DNA of 64,000 nt from Macrostomum lignano (taxonomy: Eukaryota): NCBI GenBank assembly GCA_002269645.1, contig NIVC01000037.1:248001-312000 (forward strand), given 5' to 3'. Position 1 is the stretch's first letter. Every line of letters begins with the position of its first letter. A program made the translations under genes and the position numbers. Below, piece after piece: positions 24,001 through 36,000 of the stretch. Under the pieces are notes generated by a model. It saw nothing but the letters and a program-made list of their open reading frames with translations, was not told the origin of the DNA and did no database searches.

Positions 24001-27000
24001 AGTGCTCTATAAAAGACAGCATTGTTTAGTTAATATAAGAGCATTGCTTCTTGTCAGTGAAGTTAATAATGAGCCGATCAATTGCTATTGTCTATGGCCG
24101 CGAGTGGCATTGGCTCCTGCTTACGAGTACTTATCGGACGTAATTTATCACTTCACACTGACAAAAGCAAAGCGAGTTATCAGTTGAACCCCGGTGCACA
24201 AGTGTGCAAATCAGTGCACTATTATTTGTTTTACTGAGTGTCCAGTCACTCACAGTTGTTTCACAGGGATAAATATTTGTTTAATAGCGCGATTTACCCT
24301 TGCTTAGTCGCTGCGAGTTATGGGAAGAGGCATGGAAAGAAGAAATCAGTTATTGCTGCAGCACAATTGGGTTTAGGTTTTTTTTATTAGAGGCAGGGGG
24401 GTTGTGTGCACCCTGGCGCACTTTAGGCGACATAGGCACACAACCGGCGAGAGGCATTACTGCCCATTCCGCCGACTCCCCTGAGCAGGCATACAAGCGC
24501 GCGGATACGTACGCAGGCACACACTCACACAGGAGTGTACAGCGGCCCTAACTTTATCAATTGTTAGGCATGTACACTTCACTGCGCCTTGGGGGGTTGG
24601 CTCTCAAGGCCGTTAATTGCACAAGCGAGCCAAGCCGAGATTCCAATTCAGCCCCAAATTAATGCGACTGCACTTGGAATCGAGCCTGGGTCGCTGGCAC
24701 ACCAGAGCAGCTGCGCTACCGCTGGGCTACGGCCCCCCTTTTGGGTTTAGGTTGCACTGAGGCTAATCGCTATACTCAGCAACAGACAACCCCCTTAGCT
24801 CACGCTGTCACGTACCCACCGGTTTGTGATCAGGTGCTAAAGCCCCTGGTGCTAAAGCCCCTGATGCTAAAGCCCCTGTTCTAAAGCCCCTGTTCTAAAG
24901 CCCCTGGTGCTGGTGCCCCTGGTGCTGGTGCCCCTAGTGCTGGTGCCCCTGTTCTAAAGCCCCTGTTCTAAAGCCCCTGGTGCTGGTGCCCCTGGTGCTG
25001 GTGCCCCTGTTCTAAAGCCCCTGTTCTAAAGCCCCTGTTCTAAAGCCCCTGGTGCTAAAGCCCCTGTGCTAAAGCCCCTGTGCTAAAGCCCCTGGTGCTG
25101 GTGCCCCTGGTGCTGGTGCCCCTAGTGCTGGTGCCCCTAGTGCTGGTGCCCCTAGTGCTGGTGCCCCTAGTGCTGGTGCCCCTGTTGCTGGTGCCCCTAG
25201 TGCTGGTGCCCCTGGTGCTGGTGCCCCTGGTGCTGGTGCCCCTGGTGCTGGCGCCCCTGGTGCTGGTGCCCCTGGTGCTGGTGCCCCTGGTGCTGGTGCC
25301 CCTGGTGCTGGCGCCCCTGGTGCTGGTGCCCCTGGTGCTGGTGCCCCTGGTGCTGGTGCCCCTGGTGCTAAAGCCTCTGGTGCTAAAGCCCCCTCAAAGT
25401 AACTGGCGTCTCCCCAAAATGAAAGATTCCGGCTATGCCCCTGATGTCACGCCGACTGACAGTGCTTCCTTCACACATTATTGACTTAGCAATGAGCATG
25501 GGTTAACTTCTGTGCCGCATGTAACAGCGTGAGTTGAGGAGGAGTTTCATCTGTTTTTCAATATAATATAGCTCGTACGAACGAATTATTTTTAAGGCGT
25601 GTATGAAGCAGAGCGTTTGACAAGCAAATGAATTAAGACTGTAGCAGCAATAGGAACTGCTTTAAGCAACTTATTTACTCGATTTTAAACCTATTGGGTA
25701 GTGGCCTTTTTAACAGATCTTCTCTCTCTCTCTTCATGCCGTTCTGGTCTCCCGTCTCTCCCAGTGTGCTATTTTTATTTCCTTAGTTCTCCTCTGCCAC
25801 TAAAGCGAATTATGGGCGGCAGCCTCCGAGCAACCAGTTGTTGGCTTCTTCGAGTAGGCGGGCGTTAATTAAGAAGGACATAATCTCCTAATCCGCTTAG
25901 ACTTTGCGCGCCGCCTTGTTTTGAGTAATTATTTATGACGCGAGTGCACTTTGCATGGGTTGAGGTCCAGTCGAAGCTTTCTTCTTTGCCATGACTGCAA
26001 GAATGCGCTTTGTACTACAGATGTTGCGTCTGGCCAAATCTATGAGCTGGGATCTATGATCTGTGATCTATGATCTGGGATCTATGATCTGGGATCTATG
26101 ATCTGGGATCTATGATCTGGGATCTATGATCTGGGATCTATGATCTGGGATCTATGATCTGAGATGCACTATTGATAGATGAAACTATGAAGAAGTGCGC
26201 ATCGTTTCATTTTGACAGACTTCTGGCAGACTTTTTTATCAGCCTTTATCGGCCGATACCAGGCCAGGAAGTCACGGCTTCAATCGAGCTTTTGGAGTAG
26301 TCGCTGTCAAAGACGGAATTCGCTGCCGAGATAAGCGAATGAAGACGATCGATATGAGTCTAGAGACCATGAGCTGAGCTGCAGTTTCCCCAGAGGCGGC
26401 CCTGCTAGATAATTATTATCAGACGGAACCAGCCTGTACCCGGTGAGCACAGACTCTAATAAAACACGTGTCATTAATCATTCGAGGAGGCAGAGGACAG
26501 GAAGAAGCAGCGTCATGACATTCCGGCCCCGTGTTTGCCTGAGTCAAGTCATCCCACCCGGAGACGCAGATACCAGGGTAAAGTCTGTACTTTTCAACGA
26601 ATTTTTCCTGACACTGACACTTTTTCTGCTTTTTCCGTTATGAAAATTGATTGTGATCTACTTCAGTACTTAAGGTGCGCGCCAATTGTATGGATTATCT
26701 TCATTCTGCGAGTAGGACAGGTAGGCATGTAAATTGTACATGCGACTGCTGTGGCCCCTCAGGAACTCTGTCTAATAAATTAGCTAAATTACTAGCGGCG
26801 TCATTTCACTAGCTAATTAACTAAGCAGTGCAAACTGGAAGTTAAAGAACGACAGCTCATTTAGCTTTTTACTGCCTTACCTGCGACCTCTACCTGGTAC
26901 CCTCCTCACCTGTGCCACCTCACCTCACCTCTCACCTGTGACCACCTCACCTGTGAACACCTCACCTCACACCTCACCTGTGACCACCTCACCTGAGACC

Positions 27001-30000
27001 TCACCTGTGACCACCTCAGTGACCACCTCACCTGTGACCACCTCACCTGTAACCACCTCACTTGTGACTACATCATCTGTGACCACCTCACTTGTGACTA
27101 CATCATCTGTGACCACCTCACTTGTGACTACATCATCTGTGACCACCTCACTTGTGACTACATCATCTGTGAACAACTCACCTGTGAACACCTCACCTGT
27201 AAACACCACACCTGTGAACACTCTTTCACTCCCTTATCCAGTGGCCAAGCTATGAGAAATAAGACGAGCACACAGGCACGTGAAGCGCCACTAAGGTAGT
27301 TGTGGTCATTTTTCTAGCGCTACTCAAACACTAACGGGGGTGATGTGGCAATGCAAAGTAAAATATCTATTAAAAGTCTTTCTAACAAATCTATAAGAAA
27401 ATGGAAAAAACCCGCAAAGTCCTCACCGCCTGTGAGTCTGCTTTCTGCCGCCTTTCCGCTTGCTGATGTGCGGGTTCTCCCGGCGCATCACCTTGGTCTT
27501 CAGAATCTCCAGCTGGGTGTACAGCCGCTTCAGCTCCGCCTGTCAGGGGAATTCCATGGGATTAGAATGGTTCAGAATGGTTCAGGTATTGGTTCAGAAT
27601 GATTCAGGTATTGGTTCAGAATGATTCAGGTATTGGTTCAGAATGATTCAGGTATTGGTTCAGAATGATTCAGGTATTGGTTCAGAATGATTCAAATACT
27701 GGTTCAGAATGATTCAGGTATTGGTTCAGAGTGATTCAGGTATTGGTTCGGAATGATTCAGGTATTGGTTCAGAATGATTCAGGTATTGGTTCAGAATGA
27801 TTCAGGTATTGGTTCAGAATGATTCAGGTATTGGTTCAGAATGATTCTAATACTGGTTCAGAATGGTTCAGGTATTGGTTCAGAATGATACTGGTATTGG
27901 TTCAGAATGGTTCAGGTATTGGTTCAGAATGATTCAGGTATTGGTTCAGAATGATACTGGTATTGGTTCAGAATGGTTCAGGTATTGGTTCAGAATGATT
28001 CAGGTATTGGTTCAGAATGATTCAGGTATTGGTTCAGAATGGTTCAGGTATTGGTTCAGAATGGTTCAGGTATTGGTTCAGAATGATTCAGGCATTGGTT
28101 CAGAATGGTTCAGGCATTGGTTCAGAATGGTTCAGGTATTGGTTCAGAATGGTTCAGGCATTGGTTCAGAATGGTTCAGGTATTGGTTCAGAATGGTTCA
28201 GGTATTGGTTCAGAATGGTTCAGGTATTGGTTCAGAATGGTTCAGGCATTGGTTCAGAATGGTTCAGGTATTGGTTCAGAATGGTTCAGGTATTGGTTCA
28301 GAGTGATTCAGGTATTGGTTCAGAATGATTCAGGTATTGGTTCAGAATGGTTCAGGTATTGGTTCAGAGTGATTCAGGTATTGGTTCAGAATGGTTCAGG
28401 CATTGGTTCAGAATGGTTCAGGTATTGGTTCAGAATGATTCAGGTATTGGTTCAGAATGGTTCAGGTATTGGTTCAGAATGGTTCAGGTATTGGTTCAGA
28501 ATGGTTCAGGTATTGGTTCAGAATGATTCAGGTATTGGTTCAGAATGATTTATTAACGATTTAGGCATGATTCAAGCATGATTCAGGTGGGAGTGAGGTT
28601 GGACTCAGCTAACTATGTTTTGGACCCTTGAAAATATTTTTAAACAGTTCAGAACGGTTCTCACCCGAATATCCTCGGGATTCATGTCGCTGATGTTGGT
28701 TTCCAGAACTTCAACATCCCCGTTAGACGCGATGGCCATTGGGTTCATTGCCTCGCCCAGGTTGGCGTCCACCTGCGAGTACATCAGGCTGCGACTGTTC
28801 ACGGAGCTCCTTGGCGGGCTGTGCACGTACCACAGCTGGAACAGTCGAGAGGTGGAAGGTGGAAATTACTGGTCAGGCTTGAATTAAACTGGGTCTCGGG
28901 TTCCTTGAAATTGTGTCATTGATTTCTTAGAATAAATTTACTGATTTGCTAAAATCAGCTCACTGGTTTCTTAAAATCAACCCACTGATTTCATAGAATA
29001 AGTTTACTGGTTTCTTAAAATCAGCTTACTGATTTCTTATAATCAACTCACTGATTTCTCAGAATCAATTCATTGAATTCTTAAAATTGTCACTAATTTT
29101 TCAGAAGCAAGATACTGATTTCTTGAAACTGAGTCACTGATTTCTTAGAATTAAGCCACTGATTTCCAATGGAAATTGAGTCATTTCTTTTTTAGGAGCG
29201 TAACTCGTATCAATGATTTCTCTAGAGTAAATTAACTGATTCTCTAAAAATGGGTCATTGATTCTCCGACAATTACTCACTAAATTCCCTAACATTTCAT
29301 AACTTTATGAAGCAATTTTTGTCCACCAGTTCAATCGCACTCACCCGCGGCCCCAGGACCAGAGCAGCCGTGACAGTGACAGTGGCGTGGCAGCGGCCAA
29401 AGTACATCAGGTAGACGTAGTCAGGGTGCAGACTGGTCTGTACAAAGTGCCTGTTGCGAAACAGAATCGGGTTTTTGCTCGGATTACCGCCAGTCACTTT
29501 CCTTCACTTTCTAAGTTTCCTAAGACACATTTCGGCGCCATCAAAGACACATTTAACCCCCCCCCGAAGACATATTTCGGCGCTATCTAGGAAACAATAA
29601 AACCTCTCAGAGACACATTTCGGCGCCATCAAAGACACATTTAACCCCCCCCCCCGAAGACATATTTCGGCGCTATCTAGGAAACAATAAAACCTCTCAG
29701 AGACACATTTCGGCGCCATCAAATACACAATAAAACCTCTCAGAGACACATTTCGGCGCCATCAAATACACAATAAAACCTCTCAGAGACACATTTCGGC
29801 GCCATCAAATACACAATAAAACCTCTCAGAGACACATTTCGGCGCCATCAAAGACACGATAAAACCTCTCAGAGACACATTTCGGCGCCATCAAAGACAC
29901 GATAAAACCTCTCAGAGACACATTTCGGCGCCATCAAAGACACGATAAAACCTCTAAGCGACACATTTCGGCGCCATCAAAGACACGATAAAACCTCTAA

Positions 30001-33000
30001 GAGACACATTTCGGCGCCATCAAAGACACGATAAAACCTCTCAGAGACACATTTCGGCGCCATCAAAGACACGATAAAACCTCTCAGAGACACATTTCGG
30101 CGCCATCAAAGACACGATAAAACCTCTCAGAGACACATTTCGGCGCCATCAAATACACGATAAAACCTCTCAGAGACACATTTCGGCGCCATCAAAGACA
30201 CGATAAAACCTCTCAGAGACACATTTCGGCGCCATCAAAGACACGATAAAACCTCTAAGAGACACATTTCGGCGCCATCAAAGACACGATAAAACCTCTA
30301 AGAGACACATTTCGGCGCCATCAAAGACACGATAAAACCTCTCAGAGACACATCTCGGCGCCATCAAAGACACGATAAAACCTCTCAGAGACACATTTCG
30401 GCGCCATCAAAGACACAATTAAAGCCCGCAAAGACACAATAACACGCAAGCCACATGATCCGTGCAAACAGCGGCAGCCGCCCGGACGCACCTGGCCACA
30501 TGGTAGGCCAAGGACACGCAGAGCTCCAGCGCCAGGGCGGCGGTGATGCAGCGAACCTCGGCGCAGTCGGACGGCGCCGAGCGCACGCAGTAGCAATAAA
30601 ACAGGCCGAACGCCAGGAAGACCAACTCGCCTGAGGCCAAAGGAGAGGGCGATCTCGGATATCAAAGTATGAAAATCTATACAGGGAGTCCCAATTTTGA
30701 AATTCCCAAATTTTAAATTCCTAAATCGAAATTATGAATCGGCTTCCAGTCCCGAATCCCAAGACCCAAATTCCAAGTCCCGAATCTCAAGTCCCGAATC
30801 CCAAGTCCCGAATCCCAAGTCCCGAATCCCAAGTCCCGAATCCCAAGTCCCGAATCCCAAGTCCCGAATCCCAAGTCCCGAATCCCAAGTCCCGAATCCC
30901 AAGTCCCGAATCCCAAGTCCCGAATCCCAAGTCCCGAATCCCAAGTCCCGAATCCCAAGTCCCGAATCCCAAGTCCCGAATCCCAAGTCCCGAATCCCAA
31001 GTCCCGAATCCCAAGTCCCGAATCCCAAGTCCCGAATCCCAAGTCCCGAATCCCAAGTCCCGAATCCCAAGTCCCGAATCCCAAGTCCCGAATCCCAAGT
31101 CCCGAATCCGGAGCCCGCACCTACCGGCAGCGCAGACGGCCTCCCAGTAGCCGATGGCGCACACCCGGAAGCTCAAGTCGCTGTCGCTGTCAATCCGGCC
31201 GTCCTCCAGCAGCAGCTGTCCGGTGAGGGCCAACTGTCCGCAGCCGGTCTGTCCGGACAGCCGCCGGCCGTGGTCAAGTGTGGCCGCAGTCCAGGCCGCC
31301 ATGAAGCCGGTGGCCACCGTGACGATGCCGCCCAGGTACTTCAACAGGTCGCGATCTCGGACGTGGACTCGGTGGGCCTTGCGAGACTGAAAGCTGCACA
31401 GAATGCTGCAACGGGGGCGCGGGTTGACTGTTGGAAGCAGTGCGGTGAGCGGTAGATGGCCTGTGTCTGCAGCGTGACACGACCCGTGTCTATAGAGTGA
31501 CACGTGAGCTGTGTCTATAGAGTGACATGAGCGGTGTCTATAGAGTGACATGAGCGGTGTCTATAGAGTGACATGAGCGGTGTCTATAGAGTGACATGAG
31601 CGGTGTCTATAGAGTGACATGAGCGGTGTCTATAGAGTGACATGAGCGGTGTCTATAGAGTGACATGAGCGGTGTCTATAGAGTGACATGAGCGGTGTCT
31701 ATAGAGTGACATGAGCGGTGTCTATAGAGTGACATGAGCGGTGTCTATAGAGTGACATGAGCGGTGTCTATAGAGTGACATGAGCGGTGTCTATAGAGTG
31801 ACATGAGCGGTGTCTATAGAGTGACATGAGCGGTGTCTATAGAGTGACATGAGCGGTGTCTATAGAGTGACATGAGCGGTGTCTATAGAGTGACATGAGC
31901 GGTGTCTATAGAGTGACATGAGCGGTGTCTATAGAGTGTGACGTGAGCGGTGTCTATAGAGTGACACAACCTACCTGTCTATAGAGTGATACGACCTGTG
32001 TCTATAGAGTGATACGACCTGTGTCTATAGCATGAGCGGTGTCTATAGAGTGACATGAGCGGTGTCTATAGAGTGACATGAGCGGTGTCTATAGAGTGAC
32101 ATGAGCGGTGTCTATAGAGTGACATGAGCGGTGTCTATAGAGTGACATGAGCGGTGTCTATAGAGTGACATGAGCGGTGTCTATAGAGTGACATGAGCGG
32201 TGTCTATAGAGTGACATGAGCGGTGTCTATAGAGTGACATGAGCGGTGTCTATAGAGTGACATGAGCGGTGTCTATAGAGTGACATGAGCGGTGTCTATA
32301 GAGTGACATGAGCGGTGTCTATAGAGTGACATGAGCGGTGTCTATAGAGTGTGACGTGAGCGGTGTCTATAGAGTGACACAACCTACCTGTCTATAGAGT
32401 GATACGACCTGTGTCTATAGAGTGATACGACCTGTGTCTATAGCATGAGCGGTGTCTATAGAGTGACATGAGCGGTGTCTATAGAGTGACATGAGCGGTG
32501 TCTATAGAGTGACACAACCTACCTGTCTATAAAGTGATACGACCTGTGTCTATAGAGTGATACGACCTGTGTCTATAGCATGAGCGGTGTCTATAGAGTG
32601 ACATGAGCGGTGTCTATAGAGTGACATGAGCGGTGTCTATAGAGTGACATGAGCGGTGTCTATAGAGTGACATGAGCGGTGTCTATAGAGTGACATGAGC
32701 GGTGTCTATAGAGTGACATGAGCGGTGTCTATAGAGTGACATGAGCGGTGTCTATAGAGTGACATGAGCGGTGTCTATAGAGTGACATGAGCGGTGTCTA
32801 TAGAGTGACATGAGCGGTGTCTATAGAGTGACATGAGCGGTGTCTATAGAGTGACATGAGCGGTGTCTATAGAGTGACATGAGCGGTGTCTATAGAGTGA
32901 CATGAGCGGTGTCTATAGAGTGACATGAGCGGTGTCTATAGAGTGACATGAGCGGTGTCTATAGAGTGACATGAGCGGTGTCTATAGAGTGACATGAGCG

Positions 33001-36000
33001 GTGTCTATAGAGTGTGACGTGAGCGGTGTCTATAGAGTGACACAACCTACCTGTCTATAGAGTGATACGACCTGTGTCTATAGAGTGATACGACCTGTGT
33101 CTATAGCATGAGCGGTGTCTATAGAGTGACATGAGCGGTGTCTATAGAGTGACATGAGCGGTGTCTATAGAGTGACATGAGCGGTGTCTATAGAGTGACA
33201 TGAGCGGTGTCTATAGTGACATGATCGGTGTCTATAGACTGACACAACCTGTGTCTATAGAGTGACACAACCTGTGTCTATAGACTTACCGATAAATCTT
33301 CACAACCAAAGTGCCGTAGGTAACGGCAAAGCCAATCTCTCTAAACCACGGTATCATAAAGCAGATTTCGTAGCTGGGCTGCAGGTACATCAGGAACACG
33401 GTTGCATACAGCATGGCCACGCCCAGCAAGAACAGCTCCAGCAGAATCCACACGGCAGCTTTTATCACCTGAAATTTGACAGTTCCAGAACTCAATGAGT
33501 GATTGACTTTATAGCATCTATGGCTAAATTCGCTAAATTTTACGTCATAGACTAGGGAGGTCACACAAAGACTAGTGATGACTTGGTCATACAGACCAGG
33601 CTGTTGGTCACACAGCCTAGTGAGTTGGTCACAAAAATGAGAGAGCTGGTCACAGATTTTAGACACTGAGTTGATCACAGATGTTAGACGCTGAGTTAGT
33701 CACACATGCTAGCGAGTTGGTCACACAGGCTAGAGATTGAGTTGGTCACACAGGCTAGAGACTGAGTTGGTCACACAGGCTAGAGATTGAGTTGGTCACT
33801 CAGGCTAGCGAGTTGGTCACTCAGGCTAGCGAGTTGGTCACTCAGGCTAGCGAGTTGGTCACTCAGGCTAGCGAGTTGGTCACTCAGGCTAGCGAGTTGG
33901 TCACTCATGCTAGCGAGTTGGTCACTCAGGCTAGCGAGTTGGTCACTCAGGCTAGCGAGTTGGTCACTCAGGCTAGCGAGTTGGTCACTCATGCTAGCGA
34001 GTTGGTCACTCAGGCTAGCGAGTTGGTCACTCAGGCTAGCGAGTTGGTCACTCAGGCTAGCGAGTTGGTCACTCAGGCTAGCGAGTTGGTCACTCAGGCT
34101 AGCGAGTTGGTCACTCAGGCTAGCGAGTTGGTCACTCAGGCTAGCGAGTTGGTCACTCAGGCTAGCGAGTTGGTCACTCAGGCTAGCGAGTTGGTCACTC
34201 ATGCTAGCGAGTTGGTCACTCAGGCTAGCGAGTTGGTCACTCAGGCTAGCGAGTTGGTCACACAGGCTGGAGATTGCGTACACGCTGTCATCTCTCACCC
34301 GGTTCTTCCTGGCCCTGAACACAATCCCCGCGGTCAGCAGGCAGATGGTCATGAAGAAGGTCTGGACGATCAGCGGCACCGCCCTCAGCTTGTCCAAGTC
34401 GTACTTAATGAGACACCGGCCATCTGTGGCGCAGGAGTCCGGACAGGCGGCCGGGCAGGGGCCACACTCCATCCCGAATAGTTTGATGGCCGGCCATTCA
34501 GGTGCAGCAGGTACTGCTGCCTCACTTGCTCTCCCGTGAAATTGCCATGGTGAAAGTACTTCCTGCACTTGCACATGAAGTTCTGGTCGGTGAAACCCAT
34601 GCCTGGAATGTGCGAGCACTGGGGGAGGGGTGGGGGAGCAGAGACTATCTGATGGGGTGAGACTAGACTATCTGAAGGGGTGAGACTAGACTATCTGATG
34701 GGGTGAGACTAGACTATCTGATGGGTTGAGACTAGACTATCTGATGGGGTGAGACTAGACTATCTGATGGGTTGAGACTAGACTATCTGATGGGGTGAGA
34801 CTAGACTATCTGATGGGTTGAGACTAGACTATCTGATGGGGTGAGACTAGACTATCTGATGGGGTGAGACTTTCTGATGAGGGTGAGACTATCTGATGGG
34901 AAGGTGAGACTATCTGATAGGGAGGTGAGACTATCTGATGGGAAGGTGAGACTATCTGATAGGGAGGTGAGACTATCCGATGGGGGTGAGACTATCTGAT
35001 GGGGAGGTGAGACAATCCGATGGGGGTGAGACTATCTGATAGGGAGGTGAGATTATCCGATGGGGGTGAGACTATCTGATGGGGAGGTGAGACTATCCGA
35101 TGGGGTGAGACTATCTGATGAGGTGAGACTATCTGATGGGGTGAGACTATCTGATGGGAAGGTGAGACTATCCGATGGGGGTGAGACTATCTGATGGGAA
35201 GGTGAGACAATCCGATGGGGGTGAGACTATCTGATGGGGTTGAGACTATCTGATGGGGGTGAGACTATCTGATGGGGGTGAGACTATCTGATGGAGTGAG
35301 ACTATCTGATGGGGTGAGACTATCTGATGGGAGGTGAAACTATCTGATGGGAAGGTGAGACTATCTGATGGGAGGTGAAACTATCTGATGGGGGTTGAGA
35401 CTATCTGATGGGGATAGTATGGGAGTCTTCGGGAATGCAGGATGACGGGTTTAGTGTAAAAGTACACCACAGAGAATGAGGTGCGGTCAGGACGCTGAAG
35501 CGCGTTAATAATCACAGGGAACTGGATTCTTCGGGCCTTTTCCTTTGCAGGGGATTATTGTCATGGGATTTGAAATTGCGGCCTGACCAAGCCGCGACAG
35601 CAGACAGGATGCCTGTGAGATGATGGCTGGCAAAATTCCTATAGGGAAACTGAGTCAGCTACTCCCGACCCTGGATACCTCGGTAGTTGCCTGGTTGCAC
35701 ACATCGTTAGCGTAGAATGAGCCGAATGTGCTGTCATTGAGGCACTGGTTCACCTCGAGCTCGTTGATGTCGAACTCCAGCACTATCCAGCCTCTGCAAT
35801 GGGCGGTAGTGTTTGAGATCTTACATTTTTTAAATATAGTGCAAAGCAAACAGAGATATAAACGGTGAGGAGAGAGGGAGAAGAGAGAATCGAAGGAGAG
35901 TAGATGAAGAGAGAAGAGAGGGGGAGTAGAGAGGGAGAGAAGAGAGGGAAAGTAGAGAGGGAGAGTAGATAGGGAGAGTAGATAGGGAGAGTAGAGAGGG

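Noticed and set aside
31440-31480. Apparent acceptor gtcacgctgcag|acac resembling the 23-bp repeat unit
   Set aside because: It gives the wrong frame. The conserved KIYR|ILCSFQSR junction places the true acceptor at 31405.
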